Assembly (NCBI RefSeq): GCF_009914755.1
Contig: NC_060929.1
Direction: 5' to 3' (one strand)
DNA: 64,000 nt
Source of the DNA: the human T2T-CHM13v2.0 reference genome, Homo sapiens
Of the stretch, positions 38,159-52,374 are shown one piece after another (positions within the stretch are counted from its first letter, which is position 1; every line of letters starts with the position of its first letter). The notes under the pieces were generated by a model, which saw only the letters and a list, made by a program, of their open reading frames with translations, was not told the origin of the DNA and did not search any database. Position numbers and translations under genes: made by a program.

Positions 38159-40044
38159 CACACACAGAAATACACACACAACCTTTCTATCTTAAAAAGG
38201 TTACATTCATTTTGGGTCTCCTCTAAAACTGCCATGCAGGCCACTGGAAGTCACAACATGATATTGTTTCTTTACAAAGATACTATGATTTTCTCCTGTG
38301 GTGAAGGATTACTGCGGGCACAGCTCCATCCAAGAATCCTTTCTAAGCTTTTTCTTTTAAGCACATAAGCTATGCTTTTAATTGGGCATTTCATTAGAGT
38401 AGAATGAGGCGTAAAGGAAAACAAAATGGTCTGTAGTCATTTGTTTCAAGGAGATCATTCCAGTCATCAACGTCTGAACCCTGCCGAAGTCGTTTCAATT
38501 TTTCTTCTCAACCATGGATAAAGCAATGTTGACAACACATATTTCTCTCTGTCAAAACATTCCACTTACTTGGCAATCTATAGACAGTTTGAGAGTCGTA
38601 GCACCAACAAGCAGCGCTGGAGCATTCTTCCTATTATTTTAAAATCAAAATGGCACGTGCCTCGTGAGAGGGTTACCATGTGGGCCGAGATCCAAATTGA
38701 AAAGAAAAACGCTAACAGAGTCAGCAAGTAAACAGGGCACTGTAAATAACAAGCCTCATTACTTAGCCACAGAGAAAGATGGGCCAGCCTGCGTCCCATT
38801 TCATTGTGAGGGCTTGATCCTGTTGCCCTTAGATTTCAGTCTCCTGGGAGGCCACTCCGGGATTTCTGTGAGATGTGTGCTCAGTTAAAGTACCAAGCTT
38901 AGGTTCACAATTGTGAAACATGTTTCATACCATGGGATCTAAGTAAATGATGATTTTTGGCTGGGAGTGAGCAGAGGAAAAAGTAAAATCACTGGTTAAA
39001 GAATTGTATCCAAATACCAGAGAAAGATGGGCCCTCTAGATGTGCCTTACATAGGACAAAGAACGGGAGACCAAAATTAGACACACACTGACAAAACTGC
39101 TTATGGATCCCACAGATGACTATGGTGTAATCATCTCAAAGTGACTCATTTTCAGTGAGAAATATTTAAAAGAAATAATGCTGGAGAAAATGGCAACGTG
39201 CTGCCCAATAATGGCCTCAGGCTGCAAGATAGATACTGCAGGGCATCCAGGCCACAGCACTGGCAGAAAACAAACATTGAAGCAAAGCTGAAACACTTAT
39301 TGTCAAGGCCAGAGAACATTTACCAGTCAGGAGGTTCAGATTCATGGGCATTATTGTTAAAGCTCGTGGGAGAAATACACCCAAAAAGCAGCAAAGAGAG
39401 TCGATAAAAACCCTCCAAGCAATCACCAGCTCACCAATCGGCAGCCACACATCTCCCCAGGCTCTCAGGGGAGAAGGCACTTTACCAATTACTGCTGATT
39501 GGCTGGGTTAGTGAAATTGCTCAGACCTCCTACCATTCACCTCCAGCCTATCTTTCAATATATCTTGCTGGGGTTTGCTGAACTTATTTTCATCCATTTA
39601 TAAAAGGTCAACTAGGCTATGTGTTGACTTGACAGTAGTAAGTGCTTCTCCTATAATCCCTGATGATATTAGTCTGGCGGGGTTTCACAAGTGTGCGGTT
39701 GATCTTTCTTAAAAAATTCCATGATTTGCGAAGTTGGTACCAGCTGTTATCACTTTAATAGAGATCACTGTATAATTTCAAAATATCTTACTTTCTCTAA
39801 AACTATTCTGATGCTCAAAACTGTCTGGAGCTCAGAAATGTGCTTCTTGCTTCTGTCTCTTAAATGGATGGGTTAATTAACTGCAGTCATCATGCCATTA
39901 AGCTGGGCTATGACCCAGGGATCAGGCTTTACCAAAGCCGCTGCGTTCCGGAATGTTCCTATAGACACACACAGGTATGGACAAGGGGGTATGTGATGAT
40001 TAATATTGAGTGTCAACTTGACTGAAGGATGCAAAGTATTGTTC

Positions 40045-42420
40045 AAGATGTGGTTTCATTGCTTGAGCAAATTAACACATCTCCTGGTACCTGGTATGCA
40101 GCCATTGATTTGGCAAATGACTTTTTCTCCATGCCTGTCCATAAGGCCCACCAGAAGCAATTCGCCTTCAGCTGACAAAGCCAGCAATATATCTTTGCTG
40201 TCCTACCTCAGGGGTATATCAACTCTCTGGCTTTGTGTCATAATCTTGTTTGGAGAGAACTTGATCACTTTTCCCTTCCACAAGATATCACACTGGTCCA
40301 TTACATTGATGACATTACGCTGATTGGACCCAGTGAGCAAGAAGTAGGAAACACACTGGACTTACTGGTGAAATATTTGCTTGCCAGACGATGGAAAATA
40401 AATCCGAATAAACTTCAGGGAGCTTCTACCTCAGCAAAATTTCTAGGGGTCCAGTGGTGTGGGGCCTGTCCAGATATTCCTTCTAAGGTGAAGGATAAGT
40501 TGCTGCATTTAGCCCCTCCTACAACCAAGAAAGGGGCCCAACGCCTAGTGGGCCTATTCGGATTTTGGAAAAAACACATTCCTCATTTAGGTGTGTTACT
40601 CTGGCCCATTTATCAAGTGACCTGAAAGGCTTCCAGTTTTGACTGGGGTCCAGAACAGAAGAAGGCTCTGCAGCAGGTCCAGGCTGCTGTGTGAGCTGCT
40701 CTGCTACTTGGGCCATATGATCCAGCAGATCCAATGGGACTTGAGGTGTCAGTGCCAAATAGGGATGTTGTTTGGAACCTTTGGTAGGCCACCATAGGTG
40801 AATCATAGCAGATATCTCTAGGATTTTGGATAAAGGCCCTGCCACCTTCTGCAGATAACTACTCTCCTCTAGAGAGACAGCTCTTGGTCTGTTACTGGGC
40901 TTTGGTAGAAACTGAATGTTTGACTATGGGTCATCAAGTCACTGTGTGACCTGAACTGCCTATCATGAACTGGGTGCTTTCTGACCCATCTAGCCATAAA
41001 GTGGGTTGTGCACAGCAGCATTCCATTATCAAATGGAAGTGTTATATACGTGATTGGGCTCAAGCAGGTCCTGAGGGCACAAGTAAGTTACATGACGAAG
41101 TGGCTCAAATGCCCATGGTCTCCACTCCTGCCATACTGCCTTCTCGCCCTCAGCCTGCACCAATAGCCTCAGGGGGAGTTCCCTATGATCAGTTGACAGA
41201 GGAAGAGAAGACTAGGGCCTGATTTACAGATGGCTCTGCATGATATGCCGGCACCACCTGAAAGTGGACAGCTGCAGCACTATAGCTCCTTTCTAGGACA
41301 TCCCTGAAGGACAGTAGAGAAGGGGAATCTTCTTCCCAGCGGGCAGAACTTCAAACAGTGCACCTGATTGTGCACTTTGCTTGGAAGGTGAAATGGCCAG
41401 ATGTGCGATTATATACTGATTAACGGGCTGTAGCCAATGGTTTGGCTGGATGGTCAGGGACTTGGAAGAATCATGACTGGAAAATTGGTGACAAAGAAAT
41501 TTGGGGAAGAGGTATGTGGATGGACCCCTCTGAGTGGTCAAAAACTGTGAAGATATTTGTATCTCATGTGATTGCTCACCAAAGGGTGAACTCAGCAGAG
41601 GAGGATTTTAGTAATCAAGTGAATAGGATGACTCGTTCTGTGGACACCACTCAGCCTCTTCCCCAGCAACCCCTGTTATCACCCAATGCCCAATGGGTCC
41701 ATGAACAAAGTGGCCATGATGGCAGGGACGGAGATTAAGCCTGAGCTCAGCAACGTGGACTTCCACTCACCAAGGCTGACCTGGCTACGGCCAGTGCTGA
41801 GCACCCAATTTGCCAGCAGCAGCACAGACCAACACTGAGCCATTGATATGGCACCATTCTTCGGGGTGATCAGCCAGCTACTTGGTGGCAGGTTGATTAT
41901 ATTAGACCTCATCCATCATAGAAAGGGCAGCAGTTTGTCCTCACCAGAATAAACGCTTACTCTGGATATGGGTTTCCATATCCTGCACGCAGTGCTTCTG
42001 CCAAGACTACCATTCATGGACTCACAGAATGCCTTATCCACCGTCATGGTATTCCACACAGCATTGCCTCTGACCAAGGCACTTACTTTACAGCTAAAGA
42101 AGTGCAGCAGTGGGCTCATGCTCATGGAATTCACTGGTCTTACCATGTTCCCCATCATCCTGAAGCAGCTGTATTGATAAAACAGTGGAATGGCCTTTTA
42201 AAGTCACAATTACAATGCCAACTAGGTGACAATACTTTGCAGGCCTGGGGCAAAGTTCTCCAGAAAGCCGTTTATGCTCTGCATCAGCATCCAATATCTG
42301 GTACTGTTTCTCCCATAGCCAGGATTCATGGGTCAAGGAATCAAGGGGTGGAAGTGGAAGTGGCACCACTCACCATCACCCCTAGTGACCCACCGGCAAA
42401 ATTTTGCTTCCTGTTCCCAC
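40045..42420 (+). pseudogene. Disrupted HERV-L pol (RT, RNase H, integrase)
   Basis: DVVSLLEQINTSPGTWYAAIDLAN, LPQGY, HYIDD (ORF 40233..40625), FTDGS, IYTD, WQVDY and SDQG motifs; many stops and frameshifts. Confidence 0.93.
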
Positions 42421-42706
42421 AATATTACGTTCTGCTGGCCTAGAGGTCTTAGCTCCAGAGGGAGGAATGTTGCCACCAGGAGACACAACAATGGTTCCAT
42501 TACACTGGAAGTTAAGATTGCCACCTGGCCACTTTGGGCTCCTCCCACCTCTAAGTCAACAGGCTAAGAAGGGAGTTACAGTGTTGGCTAGGGTGGTTGA
42601 CCAGGACTATCAAGATGAAATCAGTCTACTACTCCACAAAGGAGGTAAGGAAGAGTATGTGTGGAATACAGGAGATCCCTTAGGGCATCTCTTAGTATTA
42701 CCATAA
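42404..42706 (+). pseudogene. HERV-L dUTPase remnant
   Basis: SAGLEV...LPPGHFGLL...GVTVLARVVDQDYQDEI...GDPLGHLLVLP matches dUTPase motifs 1-4, positioned after integrase as in ERV-L. Confidence 0.88.
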
Positions 42707-43238
42707 CCTGTGATTAAGGTCAATGGGAAACTACATCAGCCCAATCCAGGCAGGACTACAAATGACTCAAAACCTTCAGGATGAAAGTTTGGGTCACTCC
42801 ATCAGGTAAAAAACCACATCCTGCTGAGATGCTTGCTGAAGGCAAAGGGAATACAGAATGCGTATTAGAAGAAGGTAGTCATTAATACCAGCTATGACCA
42901 CATGACCAGCTGCAGAAACAAGGACTGTAATTGTCATGAGTATTTCCTCTTTATTTTGTTAAGAACATGTTTGTGCATGTATATACTTGTAATATGAAAA
43001 TATCTTCATTTTATTTCTTTTTCCTTTATCATGTGACATAAGATTTATTGACTTTATATCACCATGTACATGTTGTTAATTTTATGTAATAGCATTTAGG
43101 TTAAGGATTAGTGGGCTTCCAGTTGTATGAAGGATAGCTGTATTATATTAGGCAAAATTATGACCTTACTGTCTTTATTTGAAGATTATGTATGATTTCA
43201 GGAGATGTGTATGGGTTGAAGTTGACAAGAGGTGGACT

Positions 43239-44117
<879 letters not shown>

Positions 44118-44294
44118 TAACTGGTGGGGCAGAAGGTGGTGGCCACTTAAACGCCACTCATACAGTTTGAGTTAATTTGGGAATTCAATAGCAAAGGCAA
44201 AGGTAAGGGAGAACAGTAAAAATTAAGAAGTTAATTAAAAAATAATTAATAGTTTAATTAAGTCCCACCTATTTATCTCATACACATAAATGAG

Positions 44295-44500
44295 TAAATA
44301 CTGCTATGTCCCAATAAACATTATTAACACTAAAATTTGAATTTCACGTAATTTTTATGTATCCCTGTATATTGCTCTTCCTCTGTTGTTGTTTTTTTTT
44401 CAATCATCTAAAAATGTAAAAATCATTCTTAGCTCTGGGGCCATGCCAAACAGGCAGTAGGCTGGATTTCACCCACAGACCAAATTTTGCTGACCCCTGT
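44295..44500. mobile_element. MER58B-like hAT-Charlie element
   Basis: 'aaaatcattcttagctc...aaacaggcagtaggctggattt...tttgctgacccctg'. Confidence 0.7.
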
Positions 44501-45459
44501 CCTAAAAAACTGAGACTGACCATGAGTGTATGTGTGTGTGCATGCACACATGCAAATGTGTTAAACTAGATCTGAAGACAATTCCAAAGAAGCTCCTATG
44601 TGTTTAGCAGGAGTGATCTCATTGCAAAAAGATGATAGCTTCCCAACTGATTATACTGAAATGAAAAAATTATTGCAATACATAAGCTCCTTGGGGGCAG
44701 AGACTATGTCTTACACATTTTAGTTTTCCTCACTTGCCTTACAAATAGTCCACATTCAATTTATTTTTTGTCAATTGAATGCGTTTTAATGAGTTTGTTA
44801 AAAGCCATCTCATTATGTGATAGTCATCCCTTGAATACTAACTAATAATTCAATGATTTCTGAACAATTTAGATCAATATACTTTTAAAAGAGTATTAAA
44901 ATATTATCCAACAGTAACATTTGATTTATTCCTTAGCAATTTCAAACTGCAAAATTATGTTTTAAAAACATCTTATAATTACTGGAAAACTAAAATCATT
45001 CATTCCTGTTCCTACCATGCTATCAAAAGTATAGTTGACAGACAATAGGAATATACTATTCCAGCTTCAAGCTTCCAATCACGTTACATAGCCCTATATG
45101 TGAGATGAAGTCAAAAGATAAATCGGGTTTTGACTCAACATCCACACTCTTTCTACAGACTTTTAGTGTGACCCTCACTCAGAGTCAGAACTATAGATGC
45201 CTCAGAAAGTATATACAGCATCTCAACGTCTCAGGCTGATAAGCTCAACACAAGAAACACAAAAAGAAGAGAAAGTCTTGGGTTCTTTCAGTTTCAGGAC
45301 TTTCACCTTTATCCTAAATTTGGTAGAATGGATCTTAGATCATTTTCTGAAAGATATTTTAGAAGACAAGCTGGGCCCATCAAAATGTTGTCAAAACCTC
45401 TCACTTCCTCTCATTTTCCTTTTCCCCTCTCCCTCCCTTTCCCTACTCACTCCCCATAA

Positions 45460-45461
<2 letters not shown>

Positions 45462-45505
<44 letters not shown>
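45462..45505. repeat. (CA)n microsatellite
   Basis: acacacac... run. Confidence 0.95.
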
Positions 45506-45506
<1 letters not shown>

Positions 45507-46159
45507 TGTACATAGACATAAATATATACTTTCTTCCCAGGATGACCAACCTATTATGAAGCTTTCTTAGAAAGTTTCTCTCAGATGCAATTTGGGCCTT
45601 GCAAATATTCCGTACAGCACAAGAGGAAGCCATACAAGCCATGCTCCTCCTAAAGAACACTGCCAGTCATTACCATAGAACCTGCTTCACATAGCAACAC
45701 TCAAGCACATGATGCGGCTTTACATCAGAGAGCCATCCTTAGCTAGTCAACCCAGCCTCCATTTCAGACCAAACTGAAAACCTCTGCACACCTGTGAGAC
45801 TCACATCCACTCACCCTCACCATATCATACTAGGGAACTTCCAACAACACCCCCGCAGGGAACACCCATGTGTGGTCCTGAGCAAATGGTCAGCTGACTT
45901 TACCATATCAGGGAGGGCCACGAGCCAGTCTACAGTGGCTGAATTCCATGTGTGGAGGACAGGCGACAGCGACGGACACCGCAGGGTCTCCTGACAGGGC
46001 AGCCTGCTTCCACTTCTGTTTCATACATTCAGGTCTCCACACAGCAGCCAGAGCATGATACTCAAAGCACACACTAGTTCATGCCACTCCCGTTGTCAAA
46101 ATTTCCCAATGGGGATTTTGGGCTTTCCATTATTCTTAGGATTAAACTTCAAACCTGTC

Positions 46160-46520
46160 AGCAGAATGAGCTGGATTCTTCTCCACACCCCGGTAGGCTG
46201 GCCCACAGGTCTGCATCAATGGGCTCCTCTGCATTCCTGTTTCTGGTTGGCTTGGCCAGTGGGAGGTACCTTATGGGAGTTCCAGAACATGGAGTAAATA
46301 AAGGTCTGGTTTTTCCCAGCTTCCTTCTGGTGGTTCACTACAGTTTGGCTGCGTCCCTCCACGGTCAGAAACTGACTCCTTCCCTTGCCCATTTCCCATC
46401 CCCAGCTCTGGGGTACTGCACTAATTGTTGCTTTTCCTAAAACACGGCCCACATCAAAATACTCTCCAGGTTACCCAATTTGATTATGTCTTTGGTTTCC
46501 TGCCAGAACTCTGGCCAGTG
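46160..46520 (+). mobile_element. ERVL-class LTR fragment (LTR33/LTR16-like)
   Basis: 'tgcatcaatgggctcc...tttctggttggcttggccagtgggagg...tttcctgccagaac'. Confidence 0.5.
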
Positions 46521-46847
46521 CATGTGGCCTATATGCCCTCTAAATGATCAGACTTCTGCCTCCCACTTTAGCTTTTTCTTATTAAACCCACTCTCACTCA
46601 TTTACTCCCAGACTCCCTAGCCTTTTCTCCAGTCCTCAAATAACCCAAGCCTGTCCCTATATCTGGGCTTTTGTCTTTGCCCAGACTATCTCCTTCCCCC
46701 ACTGCCGTTTTCCTGCTGGCTCCTTTTAATCACTCAGGGAGAAGCTAAAACTGTCCCTCCTTGGGCCTTCCAGACACCTCCAATCTCTAGATGATCATGC
46801 TGCCATTTATTTAATTGAATACAATACTATCTGAAATCATCTTTTTC

Positions 46848-47346
46848 ATTTCTTTATTTTTTATTTTATTCCCTATTCAACTTTTGTTTTAAGTTCAGGG
46901 GTACATGTGCAGGTTTGTTACATAGGTAAACTTGAGTCATAGGAGTTTGTTGTACAGATTATTTTGTCACCTGGTTATTAATCCTAGTACCCATTATTTT
47001 TCCTGATCCTCTCCCTCCTCCCATCCTCCCATCTATTTTTAATTCCTCCACCCTCAAGTAACCCCCAATGTCTATCATTCCCCTCTGTGTGTCCTTGTGC
47101 TCTCAACATGCAGTATTTGCTTTTCTGTTCCCATGTTCGTTTGCTAAGGATAATGGCCTCCAGCTCCATCTATGTTCATGCAAAGGACATGATCTTGTTC
47201 TTTTCGATGGCTGCATAGTATTCCATATTGTATATATACCACATTTTCTTTATTTAATCTGTCATTATTGGGCATTCTGGTTGTTTCCATGTCTACGCTA
47301 TTGTGAATAGTGCTGCAATGAACATACTCATGCATGTGTCTTTATG
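46848..47346 (-). mobile_element. Older primate L1 3' end (L1PA13-16/L1PB-like) inserted in an L2 (~46560-47490)
   Basis: 'ttaagttcaggggtacatgtgcaggtttgttacataggtaaac'; minus ORF MELEAIILSK matches the ORF2 tail. Confidence 0.85.
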
Positions 47347-49818
47347 ATTTACTTTCTGTTTCTATGGCATGTACATCCTGGAACAGCAAGAATCTTTTCT
47401 GTCTTGTTTACCCCTCTAAACTCAGAACCCAGAACTATTCTTGACATACAAAAATAATAATGCAAAATCATTTTCCATTGAATTAATAAATAGCATCTAA
47501 TATGTTCCACATCTACCATGGGAGAGTAGACTGTAACTAGAGTAGCCAAGTAGAAGAAAAACATTAAACACATACGTAAACTTTAGTCTCCCAAGAGTGG
47601 CAAATTATTATTATTTTAATTATCAATTTTTTCAGTTAATAAGTGCCAGTTATTGAGAAAATAATAGTAAGCAAAATAGACCTGACCCCTGCCTGCGTAG
47701 GGCTCCCAGAAATTTGGGAAGAGAGATAATTAAATAAGGAATTAAGAATATACAGCTCCCCTCTGAAGTAACTGGTGATTTGTAGAAAGAGCACCTCCTC
47801 TTATCCTGAGAGGGCCATGAAGAATAAAAATGTAGGGACTTCTAGACTGAACTGCTCTGACAGACCACAGATACTGTCAACAGGCAGAGTGGCAGAGGAA
47901 ACCAAAGCTTTGCAAACAAATTCTATACCATACGTAATGAGACAGGCTATAAAGTGTATTTCCATATTCCATCCACACTTGACCCAGGATCTCCACACCT
48001 GGGAGCCTCATATTTACTGATGATGAAGCTCCTTTTCTAAATCTTTCTTATTCATATGTCTTAGCTCCAACTCTCTTGTTAACTCTTTTAGAACAGGAGT
48101 TATGTCTTATCTCCCTCTTCACAAGCCACACAATCCAATGTAGTAAAGGAAACAAATAGTCTCCCTTGTCCATCTTCACCCAAAGTAATAAAATGGCTGA
48201 GAACAAAAGGTGCATTACACAAAGCCAATGATACACACAGCCTTGATAGCCTATCTAAAAGTAACGAGCTGAGTCTGGTAATTCTTTTTAAGAATTAATA
48301 GAAACATTATACTACTATATTGAAATATTCAATACTTAGAAACAAGAAGTCCAAGATCTATTTTTAATTCCAAAACAAGGTGTTCTTCACTTTCTTTCTT
48401 TTAATAAGGAATCAGAGGATAGCTCTGGTCATCTATCAGTAGTGAGAGGCAAGGGAGCTGAAGCCTGGGTTTGTCTTCAGATGCCAAGGCCAGACCTGGC
48501 AGTCAGACTGCTGTGGCCACCAGGGCTTGTTAGTGACATCATAAAGCCAGACCCAGAGAAAGGCTAAAATCACCCACATATGCACACCAACTGGCCACCA
48601 ACAGAAAAAAATTCAGAAAACAACAGAATCGTAACTCACATTGGCCCCCAGCTTTCAGCCTGCATTCCACCATCGTATAAGTGAAGACCCGTCAGGTTAA
48701 TAACTGGCCAAGGTCCCACAGCCTGTGAGTGGTAGAAGGGGAACTAGAGTCCCCTCCTGACTCTTTTGAAAGAATAGTTCAGTTATTTAGTCACTGGAAA
48801 GCTCCGTTGAGCTGGGAAAACAATCTCTCATCAGTCATAGCTTTCCTCTAAAATCTGCACCCGCACACCTGATGTAAATTGGCTTAACAGAGCTTCTTCA
48901 GGCATGATTGTCACCTTGTCTGAATAGCATGAGGTGATTCTCAGAAAAGGAAAACAAATGAGGAGTTTCTGGCTCAGTGCTGAGGAAAGTTGAAACCCAT
49001 TTGGCCTTCAGCTTTTCAGCACTGCTAGTGTATCCTTTTAACGGTGATTGCTTCAACAAGCATTGTTGAACTGCATTAAGTTGGGATCAATCCACCGCAC
49101 AGTTCTGAGCCTACCAATGCATGTTTCAGTGGATTTCAAAAATGACTCACTAAATCAATCTCTTTTCCTTCAAAAAGTACAGCTTGAAAACAGGGGAGTT
49201 CATCTTTTCCTGAGATGCACCCAAAATTTGAGCCAAAAATTGATCCCCCTTGTATACTGAATGTCTCTTCAATTTCTCCTCATACTTTCCCTTCTTTATT
49301 TCACTAACAGCCCCCTAACAGGGGAAAGGGAAATTCACCTTCCACTCAGGCTGTGGCCTTGAAGGTGACCTCTGACCTGGCTACCAATTCTCACTGCAAC
49401 CTTTGCTGTTGTATCCAAAGAACACTTCAGGCAATGACTAGAAGAGGGGATTGAGGGTGAGGAGAGGAACGTGGGGCCAAAATGGAAGGCAGAACAAAAG
49501 TAATGTTTAAGGAATTGGGTCTGGAGAATGTTAATGGAATCAGAGTCGCCCCATTCCAGCACCATGAGCTTGCCTTCCAATAAACCAGGAGGAAAGAGGC
49601 CAGATCTGGGTGATGAGAGGGTTGGTGAAGGAGCCAAGTCAAAATATCCCTGCCCTGGGCTCTGATCTGCTCTAATGTGAAGTTAGACAGGAGTGCAGCT
49701 ATGGCAGCCCTCACATGCATAGCAGTTTTACCTGAACTAAGTTAAGACTAACTAAGCATATTTTTTAAAGTTACCTAATAATCTTCCTATCTAAAGCAAC
49801 CCAGTTACTCTGCTCTGA

Positions 49819-50164
<346 letters not shown>

Positions 50165-51590
50165 CAGCTGAATCATATAATGGAACAAGCCACACACCAG
50201 AAGGTATAAGTAGAATACAACTTGATTCTTTTGTTTACTACCCATTCAGACTTCGTCTACGGACTCATTCTTCCTTGCCTCCTGGATGAAATCTTTGGCA
50301 CATGCCTTAATTCTTTCAGCTGGCTTTAGGCACAAGAACAGTTTCATTTTAGAAATAATTGCCCAGTCAAACATGAAAATAAAAGCCCCAGACTCTTGCC
50401 TAAATTAGATTTTCTTTCCTCCTCCAGCATGTTACTGTTTTAGACCTAGAAACACGATGTAGGCAGGAGGCATATGGAGCTGCTTCTCTTTTTTCCCAGC
50501 TGTATTCTTCCATTGCTTCTCCTTTAGTTCATAGCCAAGGTCTGACCCCTCCAGGATTGAGCCTAAAGGAGGACAGCATTAGGGGAAAGGATACAACTGA
50601 GCATGGCTGATTTGTGATCTGACATTTGGCAAATGTTAGCCCAGTTCTTTGTTTCAAGAGCCTTTGGAGGGTGACTTGGAGAACTCCCTCTTGGTGACCT
50701 CCAAACAAGGCTTCCTGGACATGGGTACTGCCTCCTCCACCAGCCCATTCTGACCCTCACAGCTCCTGGGCCCCAGCAGCCTCCCCAGAAATGCTCTCCA
50801 GAGTGGTCACATCAATGTGAGTTTCTTGGGCCAAGTATAGGTCAGCTCCTCTCCACCACCATCATTACAGATCCACACACCCCCACAGGAAATTTCACAA
50901 ATGTTGGTCTTGCTACTAAGGAGATTAGATGGCTGCCAGTGCAGTCTTTTTTTTTTTTTTTCTTTCTTGTCATTGCTGCCAGGCCCATAATGCTAACCAC
51001 CTCCTCAGGAACGTGTCTGACATCTCTCCCTATGCCTCTATAAACTCCACCAAAGAGCCGTGAATTTTGCAAGTGGACCTCCTAAAGCCCCTCTCTCAGC
51101 TTGAGCTGAGGGAAGTACAACATGGAAGAGGGAGGAGAAAGCCACAGTGTTCCAACCATCTTTTTTCTAAGGCATTCTCTCCTTCTTGGCCCTAATCTCT
51201 TCCTTATCCTCTAAGTAAGGTTACAAAACTAACTGTTGACCATTTCCTTTGCCAGTTCCGCGTACATGATCTGGCACTCACTTGGAATGTAGGAGTTCTA
51301 TTATTTTGTTCTCAGCCTTGGCAAAACCAAGAGACAAAGAATCCCATTTGGACAGCTGGCTATGCAGTCAATGCACTGCTCTGCTATCAAATGAATCCGT
51401 TACTCAAGCCAAAGAGAGAGTGACAAAGAGAAACTCTTACTCACATAATCAACCCCTTCTACTTATACATGAAAGTCCTTGCCTTTAAAGAGGCCTCTGG
51501 CCCAATTACTTTAGATCTATTACAGATATGACGGTGTAGCATCAGGTGGCTAAGGGGATCTAATGGGATATTTTTTTTCTGTTTTCCCAG

Positions 51591-51624
51591 CTATGATTAC
51601 TAATGGCTATAGCTGTGAACAAAG
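51591..51624 (+). other. Candidate 34-nt exon (unassigned transcript)
   Basis: Branch-like ctaat 51560-51564, acceptor ttttttttctgttttcccag, donor AAG|gtactc. Confidence 0.25.
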
Positions 51625-51734
51625 GTACTCACAACTCACATTCTCAGTGCAGAGAACTACTGTTATTGTGGCTAGCTCCAGGTCACGTTGCCATCTCTCT
51701 CTTCCCTCTCCTCTCCCCATGCTCCTCTCCTGTC

Positions 51735-51776
51735 TCTATCTCTCTCTCTCTCTCATGCACACACATATATGCGTGC

Positions 51777-51823
<47 letters not shown>
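51735..51823. repeat. (CT)n plus (CA)n compound microsatellite
   Basis: ctctctct...cacacaca. Confidence 0.95.
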
Positions 51824-51824
<1 letters not shown>

Positions 51825-51879
51825 CTTAGTGAAGGGCACCATATCAACAGAACTGGGAGGGAGGGCTCGGCTGGAGGAA

Positions 51880-52374
51880 TGTATTCATTTCCCAGGGCTA
51901 CTATAACAAATTACTATAAACTTGTGGCTTCAAGCAGTATCCATTTATTGTTGCATTTCTGGGGTCAGAAATCCAATATTGACTTCACTGGACCAAGATC
52001 AAGGTGTCATCAGGGCCGCACACCCTCGAGAGGCTCTAGGGGACAACCTGCTTTCTGGACTTTTTCAGTTTCTAGAGCTGCACTGCTAGGCATATGGCTC
52101 TGTCTTCTATCTTCAAAGCCAGGAACATATTGCTTTGTTTTAGTTGTCACATTGTCCCCATGTCTGCAATCAAATCTTTCTCTGCTACCTGTTATATGGA
52201 CACTTGTGATTACACTTAGGGCCCACATAGATTATCCAGATAATCTCCACATCTCAGGATCCTTAATCACATCTGCAAGGTCCCTTTTGGTGTATAAGAG
52301 CTACAAGGATTTAAGGACAGCCTACTGGGATTAGAAACTAAATATCTTGGGGGGTTATTACTTAGCCTACTATA
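51880..52374 (-). mobile_element. MLT1D/E-like MaLR solo LTR
   Basis: 'tgtattcatttcccagggctactataacaaattac...cttaatcacatctgcaaggtccc...ggggggttattacttagcctactata'. Confidence 0.85.

Noticed and set aside
51603-52334. 243-aa ORF
   Set aside because: Runs through CT/CA microsatellites and an MLT1 LTR; chance open frame.
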